The translations under genes and the position numbers were made by a program. Below are positions 37,261 through 50,056 of a DNA stretch of 64,000 nt, in pieces. Numbering within the stretch: position 1 is the first letter of the stretch; the number at the start of each line of letters is the position of its first letter. Source of the DNA: Octopus bimaculoides (lineage: Eukaryota); assembly GCF_001194135.2 (NCBI RefSeq), contig NC_068987.1, forward strand, positions 81,470,829-81,534,828. The letters run 5' to 3'. The notes under the pieces were generated by a model. That model was given only the letters and a program-made list of their open reading frames with translations. It made no database searches and had not been told where the DNA came from.

Positions 37261-40200
37261 CCCCTCTTTCTCATTAATTTCATATGGCACAGAAGATCAT
37301 TTGTTAAGCCATTTTTAAAAAATTTGTTTTAATGGTTTTCTCTTGAGGGAAGGGCTGTGCCCAATGGCCCTTGAAGGCCCCCTGAAAAATGTAATAACAA
37401 TGCAATGGATATTCCTCAAATATCTGAACAAGCCAACACATATCTGAAAAATAAATGGGTAAGGAGGTAATTCGAGCTGGTCAATATTTTGGGAAGGAAG
37501 AACTAGGTATAGTGGTTAGTGCAGGTTCTGAGGTAGAGGGAGGACAATATGAATGACTAGAAGAGCAGAGACAAGTGAGAAGTATTTGAATGGAGATGAC
37601 ATAAGACCTGCAGCTCTGAGGATCAGAAGCTCTTGTTGTTGTTGTTGTTGCTGCTGTAAAAAAGACAAGAAAAGGAGATAGATCATCTGTGGGTGAATAG
37701 TTGGAATGTTGTGACAGACATTGTACTTATGGAATAGACATATATTCCACTTGCTTCAGCTAATTTTACAGATAAGTGGCTCCCACTGAACAAGTATTAA
37801 TGAACTATTAACAAAAGTTAACCTATTACAATAAAATATTTACTTTAAAAATTCATTAAATTACCCAATTTCGTTTTCCATCCATTGTATAATTGAAACA
37901 ATTTATAGTAAAATTCAGGCTTTGAAACCATCTGATTGGGTTTTAAAAGTAAAAGGTGAATTAGATTAGGGGCTGTTTCACCAGAAGAATATTATTTAAG
38001 CACATTAAGACTCGTGACTTTATAGACATATAAGGACTTATGACTAAAGACTAATTAGCCATAGATGTATGTTAGCTGTCAGTTGAAGAATATCAGTGAC
38101 AGGACTGTCAGAAGGAATATGTGCACCAGTATGTTGTTTGGATTTAGATTAATCTAATTAAGCAGACCTTGGATCAAATGTAGTCTTACCATGACCATTC
38201 AATCTTTTTAACAGAATATTGAACTATATTATCCAGTGTGTCTTGTTTGAGACAGCTGGGTATAAGTTAAGGGAGATTTATTTTCTATTTCTAGCAGGTC
38301 ACACAATCATGTAGAGCCTCCCTCATTTCTTGTAAATAAACTATCTCTTGAGGGCACAAAGAATTGAAAAGTTTATTCAAAAGTTATTTAAGAGACGTTC
38401 ATAGAGCTATGTCTCAATAAATATCATTCAATGCTTAACAATTCTTAATTATGAAACCAGTAGGAAAAATTTTGAATTGAATAACTTTATCCTTTTTGAT
38501 TTCATTTATAATATTTTTTTGTTCATATATGAAGCTCAATGCTGTTTATTTCAAGAAACGTTGTTAAGAAAGAATTTACAATAAAACAAATGGTTCCTCA
38601 AAGTAAAATGCAAAGGAAGCAGATTTTTCAATTTTTCTAATTTTCATTATTTATTAACCACACAGGAAAATGTCATGATAAAATATTCATAATGTACAGC
38701 TACTGCTCTGTTTCTCAATTTAAGATTGTATTCAGATTATTGTAGACTAGCATAATGTAGTCAAAGTTAATTATCACAGGTATTCATTGCCTTTTTGCAA
38801 ATTTATGGTAGTCTTTTTTTATTATTTTATCATTTTGGTCTGGAAAAAGAAGCTGTGACCATGGCTTCACAAGCTCTTTGAAAGAGATATTTTCTAACAA
38901 TTGTTTACATTTCCTGGAACACAATCTGTGTAATTTATATATTTTTCAGCTAAATGGTACTAGATTATTCTGTTATTTGCGTCATTCAGTTTACAGTAAT
39001 GGCAGAAGACTGGTTGTACTCCCCTCTTTTATCACTTTCTCTTTTATGCTAACTTTCTAACTCTTTTACTTGTTACTGTATTGCAATGTATAGTGAATAC
39101 ATGCAAGGTTGTCTTCTTTTGGTGGTAGGGTATAGGTCAGTTTCCTTTTCCTCTTTTGGGGGTTAGCGTTTTTGATAGAAGACAAAGTTGAAAACCCTTA
39201 AAGGTGTCAGTTATTTCAGTTCTCTGCCTAAATCAGTTGTATGGTAAAATGAACCCATATAACCTGAGACTTTTGGGTCATATCTATTCTTTAACTGCTA
39301 CTTAGCTGACCAATATCTCACACACTTCATTTCTATACAAGACTCCATTGTGACAACTTCTCTTTTGTTTTGGATCCAGTTATTTATCATGCTGGAATAC
39401 ATAATACTCTAAAATAAAAGATATTAAAGTATTGGTTGGAAAAAATATTGATGTGAGTTTTCTTGCAGTACTGAAATTTGATTTTAGAATTTTTCTTTCA
39501 TATTTTTATGATTCTATACCAAGACATTGGCTGTTTTCACTGTATTAGGCATTCTATGGTTTTTAGATTAAATTGCTGTTTTTATAATACACTGATACTG
39601 TGATTTTTGTTGTTTTTTTTCATATTACTATGATTTTTATTAAAAACTAAATATAAGGATATGAAGTATTCTTTCTCAACAGGAACAACCCAAAAACACT
39701 TGCAGCTTCCATAAATGAGACTCCATATTCACAAGTATTTCTAGCTGCATGTTAGATATATCTCAATTTAGATGTATTTTAATTACTATTATATGCATAG
39801 TTGATAAATGTCTTGTACACTATGATAAGGTTTAAAAATGTTATGCTATACTTGATTTCTGATAGGTTGAGTTTTCAAAATCAACTGTTTATACTTACTT
39901 ACTCATTGTATTCAGTAAAGGATACTGATGCAGTGCAATTGTTTAATGTGACTTTAGACTTCATGTTTTCACACAAAATTAATGTATTAAGCTACTTAGT
40001 AAATTTATAAGGAATTTTGTAATATGCTTCAACTTTTGGTTGACATACAATAATTTATGGTCAGTAATTAGTAAATAACTCAACAGTTATATTAATACTA
40101 AATACTACCACTGGAAAGGATGTATCCAAGTAATGATTTTATAAGACCTCAAAACATATCTAACACTGGTTTCATTTAAAACTTTTCTAAATGAGAGGAG

Positions 40201-40413
40201 TTGCAAGTCACCTCTTCCTAGCAGTAAAATTTTGCTGTTTTTCCTTACTCTTCCAACTATACCATATTAGGAGTTAAATAATTTTAATCTGATCCCTCTA
40301 GAAGAATTACCAGCAATGTCCTTTAATACATGGAAACAGTTACATACACACATATACACACTCACACTTGCACAACAAAAGTTTACTTGCCTTCTGTATT
40401 GTTTATAGTATAC

Positions 40414-40944
40414 ATGTGCAAGAGAGACGATTGCGCTGGTATGGACATGTGGTGAGAATGGAGGAGGATAGCTGCGTGAAAAAGTGCCACACCCTAACAG
40501 TTGAGGGAACCCGTGGAAGAGGTAGGCCCAGGAAGACCTGGGCTGAGGTGGTGAGGCAAGACCTTCGTACATTGGGCCTCACCGAGGCGATGACTACGGA
40601 CCGAGACCTTTGGAAATGTGCTGTGCGTGAGAAGACCCGGCAAGCTAAGTAAGATCGTTGCCAGTGCCCCTGGACTGGTTCTTGTGCNNNNNNNNNNNNN
40701 NNNNNNNNNNNNNNNNNNNNNNCATTTCGAGCGTGGCCGTTTTCCTGCGGGTGACACGTAAAAGCACCCACTACACTCTCTGAGTGGTTGGCGTTAGGAA
40801 GGGCATCCAGCTGTAGAAACTCTGCCAAATCAGACTGGAGCCTGGTGTTGCCATCCGGTTTCACCAGTCCTCAGTCAAATCGTCCAACCCATGCTAGCAT
40901 GGAAAGCGGACGTTAAACGATGATGATGATGATGATGATGTGCA
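40414..40944 (+). mobile_element. Young, strongly 5'-truncated RTE LINE
   Basis: Open frame VQERRLRWYGHVVRMEEDSCVKKC...GRGRPRKTWAEVVRQDL...EKTRQAK* (stop 40652). CpGs are retained and it has a (GAT)n tail. Possible 7-bp TSD ATGTGCA at 40414-40420 and 40938-40944. Confidence 0.9.
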
Positions 40945-41087
40945 TTGGTAAACTAATGTAGGCTGATTTTATTGATTTTAAAGGTAGTTTAAGATATAAT
41001 CTGAAGCAATTGTTTTGTAGCTTTTGCTTATGATTTGTAAGGTGCTGAGGAGAGAAAAGAATTGCAACGGTCAACTTTTGAAATATT

Positions 41088-41716
41088 GATTTCAAATTTT
41101 ATCACAATGTCAAAAATTTGGGGGTAGAAGGGCAGTCAATTATATTGACCCCAGTGTTCAACTGGTACTTTATTGACCCTAAAAGGATGGAAAGCAAAGT
41201 CGACCATGGTGGAATTCGAACTCAGAACATAAAGACAGATGATATGCCACTAAGCATTTTGCCTAGCATACTAACAATTCTGACAGCTCACTGACTTAAA
41301 ACTTTTGAAATATTCTTTTCTACTCTAGGCACTAGACCCAAAATTTTGGGGGAAGGGGGCCAGTCAATTAGATCGACACCAGTATGCAGCTGGTACTTAA
41401 TTTATCAACCCCCAAAAGGATGAAAGGCAAAGTTCACCTTGGCGGAATTTGAACTCAGAACATAAACACAGACGAAATACCTATTTCTTTACTGCCCACA
41501 AGAGGCTACACACAGAGAGGACAAACAAGGACAGACAAACGGATTAAGTCGATTATATCGACCCCAGTGCGTAACTGGTACTTAATTTATCGACCCCGAA
41601 AGGATGAAAGGTAAAGTCGACCTCGGCGGAATTTGAACTCAGAACGCAGTGGCAGACAAAATACCGTTAAGCATTTTGCCCGGCGTGCTAACGATTCTGC
41701 CAGCTCGCCGCCTTAT
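41088..41716 (-). mobile_element. Cluster of three family B tRNA-derived SINEs
   Basis: Copies at about 41088-41299, 41315-41480 and 41481-41714. The last is young, with head ggcggcgagctggcagaatcgttagcacgccggg and B box gagttcaaattcc. Confidence 0.9.
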
Positions 41717-42139
41717 AACTTTTGAAATATTGAATTGAGAAGAACCTTGGTCTAATAAGTCTAAAGAATTTCCTGTTTGTTTTTCTTTTTTTTTCTTCCG
41801 TATAAGCTAGTGTATAACTAACTGATAAACTGACCAGTAGATTGGTTGAAGGATATGCATCTGTTGAATTAGCATTAGTGTGTTTGGCTGTTGTGAGAAC
41901 TAGTTACACTTACAGATATCTGTTAGTAGGACTGTTATTTTTGTGTGACATTTAGCTGGTTTATGATGACTGGAAAATCAATTTTAAGAGCTTTATATAG
42001 CAAAGAAATGTTTTAATATTTATCATATTAACTATTTATGGGAGATGTTAAGTCACGGAATTTAATTATGAACTGGACAAAGTATTGAGGTATATCACAT
42101 GTGACCAGCAGCTCTGATCGTCAACATTACGTGACATAC

Positions 42140-42360
42140 ATGCCTGCATACATACTTACATGCATACAGACCGACCAACCTACCTACCTACCAAACTAAC
42201 TACCTACCTATCTACCTACCCACCAGCCAACCTAACTACCTGCCTACCTACCTACCTACTTTTACCCACCTACCAACCAACCTATCAGCCTACCTACCTA
42301 CCTACCTACCTACCTACCTACCTACCTACCTACCAACCTACCTACATACATACATACATG
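42140..42360. repeat. (TACC)n/(TACA)n microsatellite
   Basis: Seen directly in the sequence. Confidence 0.95.
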
Positions 42361-43037
42361 TGTAGGCTATGTCATGTTTCTGTGGAAGACATCACGCATA
42401 TGATTAGCAGCTGTCCTAAAATGTCATCATGGTACTACCTCCCTATGTGGCATGATGTTGTTGCTAAAACAATTTACAATGCCATCCACAAAAAAAGACT
42501 GCCCTGAAATAAACTTTAAAAATCCCTCTGTTATGGAATACATTCATAAACACCATCTGAAGGAATACTGGTGGAATATTCCCATCAAAACTTCTGTCAA
42601 ATGTAAGCATAACAGGCCAGATGTTGTTGTTTGGGACAGAGGGGCAAAGGTATGTACCATCATAGTGGTCAGCTGCCCTGCAGATATAAATACCCCTTTG
42701 AAAAAGAGGATATCTATGGACAACTGCTTCAAAACATGCAGTTTCTCTATCCAGACTATGAATTCATGTTCATACCAATACTAATTGGATCATTAAGTTT
42801 TGTTAGTAAATACTTAAAGGAAAATCTGGATAAACTGGGATTTTCAGAAAGAGAAAGTGACCGGCTGATTCATAAATTACAAGTGTATTATGTGAGTGGA
42901 ACAGTTAAAATATGCAAGACTTGTCTCAAGTTTCAAATCTGAATTTGTTTGTGTTAACTACATCCCAAATATGGAGCCTTGTATCTTCGTTGGAAATTGG
43001 CTCCCTCCTCAGTGGAAGATTTATAATAATAAAAAAA
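42361..43037 (+). mobile_element. R4/Dong-like RLE non-LTR retrotransposon 3' end
   Basis: CCHC knuckle CRLCHVSVEDITHMISSC, WHDVVAK (RHD-like), HNRPDVVVWD (PD..D/E nuclease), IPILIGSLSFV, GTVKICK. Two frameshifts; short UTR ending tataataataaaaaaa. Confidence 0.85.
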
Positions 43038-43057
43038 TAGAAGAGACAAACATAAAT

Positions 43058-43097
<40 letters not shown>

Positions 43098-45580
43098 ACG
43101 TCCTTTCAGTTTGGGTATTAACCTTTATTGTTTGTGTATTGCTTATCTTTATAAGGTTTTCATAGGTTTCCATCTTCCAGTTTCATTCTTAAGCCACTAT
43201 TTGGTCTGACACTGCAATAGAAGACCATCACCTCAGGTACCACACTTTGAGATAGAACTGGAGATCATGCAGTAACTGAATGAACTCTATATCCACACAG
43301 CCTTATCCAGAAGGCAAAATGAACTGGTCATACCTGGAATATTTTTGATCAAATATTTATTCAGTCAAAGTTGATTTAGGGGTTAACCATAACTATAACA
43401 GTTAAGGGTGATTATGCTCTTATTCAGCTCCTGCTGTATGTAGTTTGGATTTAAGTATTTAAAATATGTTCATGAATAATATGAGCAATTCTAATGTTCA
43501 ATACCTATTGCTGACGTTTAGACATTTAATATGTAGACAGATCTGTCACTAGAATATATCTAATATTTCTTTCCTTTACTCTGACAACCTTGTCTATGCT
43601 GTCTATTCACTTGATTTCTAAGAATATAGCTATTCTATAATTATTGCTCACTCGGAAAAACTTGTTAGATTCCAGAATTGTTTGCAATATATGGGGTAGA
43701 TGCAGTGTGCTGATTGAGGTACACTCCTAATTTACTTTGATTAATTTATTTATAATTTAGCACCGTCTTTTTGCCTGTTTTAAATTTTGAAAATTTATGA
43801 GTAAGATAAATAAAAATTTACTTTTATCAGTGGTGTTGCCGTTAACAGTTATCAGTTCTTGTTTCATACATTTCTCTTGCTACAGCTATTATTATACATA
43901 GCAGCATCAACTAAAAGTATGTAGCATAATATTTACCATGAAAGTAAGCTTTGAGAAAAAGTCTCAAAGACGTGTTGTGAGTATCCTGTTGATTTACAAA
44001 TCAATATGTGGTCAAAATTAATGAAAGGAAATAAATTATTTATCTGTATTAATGATAGCTTATAATTGACATTAAAATTAAGAAAAAATATAAATAAATA
44101 AAATTCATACTGATCACAACATTTATAATCCTTTCATGATAAAAATGTAATATAGCTACTTACAAGACAACTAATGTAATGTTTTCTGAGGTTAATATTC
44201 TAGGCAGTAGATATTTAGCTTATAATTTCCATTAATTAAGCTTCATAAATTTGTGTTGTTTGTTTACTTTTTGTTTATTCTGTATGTGTATGTGTGTGAA
44301 ATATATGAAATATGTATCATATCTTCTTTTATATTGTGTTTGGTATATGTTCATAATGTCAATAATTAATGAAAGGTTATGTGTATATATTTTTTAAAAT
44401 ATATTTCTAAAATATATAAGTATTGATTTCTAACAGAGTTTTAGAAATATATGAAGAACTGTTTTGTTTTGTTATTCCTCTTCTTAGCAAGTCCACTGGG
44501 TAATGGGGAAATAGTAGAGACAGTGCCAGATTATGAATGCTCCTGTATTTTAAAAGAAAAATCATATTATATTAAAAGAAGTGAAATAGAAACAGAGTGT
44601 GTGTTTATTATTAATATAATGACCCTCTCAAGATATAACAGAATCATATAACAATGTGGTATATATAAACAGTTTTGAGTCAGCAACAGTTTTTCTCTTG
44701 GAGGATTTATAGAAGGGAGATCAATTAATACATTTGCCATGAAGAATGACGAATCTAACATTCTGACCCTTTCCTTCTGTCTAAAAGTGTGAGAGAGAGA
44801 GAAAGAAAGAAAGCATTGTTACTTTGTATGTAGGCTAATAAGTTTATCTTACATGTGTTTAACTTCATTCTTTCTCCTGTTGTTAAATCTGCTTTTCTGT
44901 ATATTATCTTAGCAAAAAGAAGCTCAGGATACATATTGCTGTACAACCCACACTAAACTTGGCAATACAGTCCCTCCAACTACTGCATCAACTTTACAGT
45001 TGAGGCCCCTAGCATTTAAGTGTCCTCATCTTCATATAGTATGGTAGAGGTAACCTCAAAGTTCCAGTGTAAGACCCTCTGATAGTGGAGACAACATTAC
45101 ACTCTATTTGCCTTAAACTTGAAAAAAGGAACAAACTTATGTTATGTAGGGCAGAGATTCTTGTCAGAGACAACCCCTTTTATATTAGTGACACAATGAA
45201 ATGTAACCTAACCATGCTGTAAAGAGGCTGGTATTAGGAATTTGGTGGTGGCATAAGATAGAGAGAAGTCTTGAGCATTGTCAAACAGAACTTTCTAGTG
45301 CTGGGGAAATGATAAAAGGCACCCAATCCATGTTGTAGAAGTTAGTGTTATAAAAGACATTCAGTTATAAAAACCATGCTGAGAAATAAATAAATAAACA
45401 AGGGCATCATAGAGTAGAAAGAACTCTTCAATTCTGTTGGAAACAACTTCATAAGAGCCAATGGTACGATAAAAGGCTTCCCTTTATTCTGTAACGTGTT
45501 TGATCATATGAAGGGCATCTAGCAGTAAAACTATCAAAGAAAGCGGAATAACAAATGTAGATGAGGAAATATAAAGGACT

Positions 45581-46007
45581 TCTTTAGTCCTGTGAAGGAC
45601 AACTTCTTTAGTATCTGTGATATGATCAAATGCACTTAAGCTGTTATACTGTGAAGAGGTTGTTGCCAGGAAGAGCATCAGGCTGCAAAAAGTATGCAAA
45701 AAGAAAAAGAAAAGAGCAGGGAAAATGGAAATGCTGTAAGACAGAGGAGATTTATCAGTAAAGTGAAGGGAATTCATTGGTACTCGACACATTGGGAATA
45801 ATCTGTCTTGTACTAATGAATTCCCTTCACTTTACTAACAAATCTCCTCTATCTTACAGCATTTTCATTTTCTCTGCTCTTTTTCTTTTTGCATACTTTT
45901 TGCAGCTAGATGCTCTTCCTGACAACTACTGCTTCACAGTAAAATAGTTTAAGTGCATTTGATCAAATCACAGATACTAAAGAGGTTGTCCTTCACAGGA
46001 CTAAAGA
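45581..46007. repeat. Long inverted repeat (arms 45581-45783 and 45810-46007, 26-nt spacer)
   Basis: Manual alignment gives about 17 substitutions and one 5-nt indel over about 200 bp. Confidence 0.95.
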
Positions 46008-47476
46008 TGCCTTTGGGAATAATCTGTCTAGTACCAGTGGCAGGTTAAGATGTACCTGCTTCATGCTGTAAAAAGGTTGTAAAACTATATTAAAGAAGGG
46101 AAGAAATGAATGAATGAAATGTAGAGCAGAATGTACCCTTTGATCTTGTAGAGGCCATCTCTCTAGTACCAGTAATATAATAAAATACATCCAGCTCAGG
46201 TTGTAACGTGATTGGTAATAAATGGGCATCTAATTTTTAAAAGAAAAACATCAAAAATAACAGAACATATACAAGAGAGTTAGATGGTTTTTCTTCTCTG
46301 TTACTGTATGTGTGGGTATGTGAGTATTTTGATTAAAGCTTCATAGAGTGATGACTGGGACCTGCATAGTTACAGGCTGCCCTTTGGCAAGGTATAGCAC
46401 CCATTCAGCCACCCTGCCAAGGATATGGTGAATTCCTAGGACTGTATCATGGCAGATTGTGAAGAAGCAGTGGAAGAGCTCAACTGAACCAACAGTACTT
46501 CTTAAATTGATGCTGAGTGGAGGAGGAATCCTAGAAGATTAATGGTCAGGATTATCAAGTTCTATCAAGGCAGTATCTGCAATGCATCCATAGGGGCAGC
46601 ATCAACGGCTGTGTAATCAGCTAGTGAAAGTATTCATTATTATTCAAACTCCCAATCCAAATATGAACAGAATTGGGTGGCGACAGAGAGTCACAGGAAT
46701 CCATGGCAAGCAGTGTGACCAGATGACTGTACCAGGTGGCTAATGTGAGTTGGATGCTGTGAGACCTATCGTTTTATTTTATTATATACTAAGATGAAAA
46801 GAATGGACATAAAACAATAATGATGATAACAACGATTCTGAAAGAAGATGATGATGTATCAGAAATTTAATTAGTTTATTATACTGATTGATAATCTGCT
46901 TTCTGTGATTGAATAACTTGATTCTATTCTCAAACAAATCCTTTTATGAGTTAAAAAATAATGGGCTCCTTAAAGTGACTTGAAAAAGGTGGAATTCAGA
47001 TGTTCTGGAAAAATATTTATAAGAATTGTCAAAGTAGTTCTGTCACATGCAGTAAATTTGAGAATGACCCAATCTTGAAATTAAAGACAATCATGGTAAA
47101 TTGAATTGGAAAAGATATTTGAGATATACTGGGTTTTTGTTTTTTTTTTGTTTTCAACAAATCAAGACCACTAAGTTAACTGATGACAGGTTTATGTGTT
47201 CAACTACTAACTTCAATTATCAAAAGTAGATTTTAAAATTGATGCTGACAGGAGGAAAAACGTTGATTGAAAAACAGGATAGAGAAATCCTCATCCTCAG
47301 CATTTACTATCACTGCCTCCTCCCCCTCCTCCTCCACTTGTTCCTTCTAAACGTTATCAATTATTTTGCAATGTATCACTGCAAGATACTTAGGTCAGCT
47401 CCAATATCTGCCTGCTATGCATCTCAAGCTTACAGAATTTTGCTTTTTAATTTCATGTAAATCTTATTTAGTTTCT

Positions 47477-47509
<33 letters not shown>

Positions 47510-47685
47510 TATTCTGAATTCTCTGTCTTATCAGCTAACAAGCATTCTTTTGCTCAAATATTCTTAGTTCCTCCAGACTGTTGTCAATTTATTTTGACTC
47601 TCATTTCATTTTAGGATTTGTCAATACAGATGACAAACGTTCAGTTTATAAAATAAAAAAACAAAAAGAATGTAAATAAGATTGA

Positions 47686-47892
47686 CTCTTTTGATACAAG
47701 CCCGCCTGAGAATGCCCTTGGTTCTATGATACAAACATCCCATTAGAAAGTGATGTAAATTAAAACCTTCCATCATTATTTCATATAAACACCAGGTTAA
47801 TGAGGACAGTTATTTTACTAAATTCTTCATTATTTTCAAAATTATTTGAAACAATAACAGTGTATTTCAACAGAAATATGGTAACAAAAGAG
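47686..47892. mobile_element. piggyBac-like MITE (second copy)
   Basis: ttga|CTCTTTTGATAC...GTAACAAAAGAG|ttta; homologous to 16772-16992. Confidence 0.6.
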
Positions 47893-50011
47893 TTTAAATT
47901 AGTGAAATAAAATCATTATTGTTATTAAAAAGAATTGCTCTAAATTCTGTACTTCGTGGATTTGACTAACTTCCTTAAACTCTAGTGTTCATATTGAAAA
48001 CATCTAGCATGGTTATTTAGAGAGTAGAATTCCTATTTTTTGGTTTCACTTTTTTTATTTATTTATTCATTTATTTTTTGTTGCTTTGACTGTAGAGCAA
48101 ATGGTACAGTGAAAATTGATGTTAATTGATGAAAGTGAAAAAAGACAGAAACAACAGATCACCTGGATAGCACCATTTCTGTAACAACAGTTACAAATAC
48201 TTGCTTGTAGCATCTGGTTTTAGTGAAACAGCAAGATGAATGACTATATATGTTAAAGGTCATCTGTAATACTTAGCCATGTGGCTGAAATGATAGAAGA
48301 ATTTAGATAACAGCATTTGAATTTCTGATATTAGGAGAAAGTATAATTTTATTGTATCTGGGAGTGATGTGTTGATTTGTGTATGTTGGCTTTGGAAATA
48401 TCTGAAGTGAAAAACCACCAATTCAAGGTCTCTGAAATTTAGATAGTTGTCTCACATTCAGCATTCTGGAGCCGTGATAACAATAATGATATTCACAGCT
48501 AATTATACTTTTATTCTTTAGAATTCTTGGTAAATTATATGATGTAGCTTGCATTTCAATTTCTTTTTCTTGTAAAAGAATTTATATGCTTTAATTCACA
48601 AAACTGTCTCTAGAGAATGACAAAGAAAGGCAGCTTTATACAGAGTTAGCCACTGGGAAAGTTGGCAATACTTGAGATGATAACATGATATTATGTAACA
48701 AATAAAATTTCCTTCACTGTAATTATTTCTGTTCTCAAATCATATTTAAATGCTCGCTGAGAAAATCTCCCCTGAAAAATTCCTTTCTGTACAATCTATT
48801 TTATCTACCAAATGAAATGTAAATGATCATGTTGTGCAAGGCCTTGTACATTTAGGATGTGGTTATCAATTTATTTTCTCAGAGTGTAAGTAGGTGATTC
48901 AAATCTGATGATTTGAATATGTTCACTATTTCAGTGTTGTGTCCATCACTATGGTACTATCATTCACTAAGTCCCACCTAGCTGTAAATAGATATTTCTG
49001 GATTGTATAATTCATTGTTAAAAACAATAAATTCATTGTAAAATTGACAAATGATTTGTTGACTTATAGTAGTGAGTTCATTTTTATTTCTGATAGCCTG
49101 GCATCTTAGTGGCCTGAAAAGCCAGAAATATTCACCATCTCAGTAGACCAAGGATATCTGCCTAGGGAAGAGAAAAGAATCCACTTTTTATTATAAGCTG
49201 CAACTACAATTTATCAACAATTATGTGAAAATTACTAATTAGAAAATTAAAGAGTGAAATATTCCTTTAAAATTTTGACTGATATCATCATTAGGTTTCT
49301 GATGTAAGCATTGCTGTTTCAAAGTTGTCTTATCTATTATAAGTTGGGATGGGGCCCTGAGAAACAGAGAGAGTGAGAGAGTATTGTGTGCATTTCATTA
49401 CATTCCACCTACAGATATTTTGTTTCTTTGCTAGGCTTGATGTATTTTAGGTTAGAGAAGGATTAAAACCTAGTTACTACACATAAAAGTTAATCTATGT
49501 TTAATTTAATTATTTGTCAGTATCTCTATCTGATTCCCAGTCAGTCACTCCCTGCCTTCTCATCAACCTTTTTATCTACCTACATATTAACTTACTATAC
49601 ATATCCTTATATGTAAATATGTATGTAAATAAAAGAAAAATGAGCATCAGAATGGCTAGTGGCATGTATTTGAACAACAAAACAAATAAGGATGTATTAA
49701 ATACCATACAAGAAGTATTGAAAATGTTTCTACTTCTAGAGTTGGTATAAGGATTGCCTGGAAATTTGAATTGACACCAAATGAAATGGGAAAATAGTCT
49801 CAAAAACCAACAATTTTCCAAAATAGACATACCATTATGGAAAAGACAGTTTGGTTGTCTAGAGAAAACTCGACTGTCATCATTACAGCAGATTTTCTAC
49901 ATTGTGTCCTGTAGACAGACTTGATATACAGGAAAGAGAACACTTGGCAGGCAACTTATCATGTGCCTGTTGAAGATTGTCTTTTGTTATCAATTATATA
50001 TATATATATCA

Positions 50012-50056
<45 letters not shown>

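Noticed and set aside
42160-42360. PTY-repeat protein ORF
   Set aside because: It is a translation of the (TACC)n microsatellite fused by chance to the R4 fragment.
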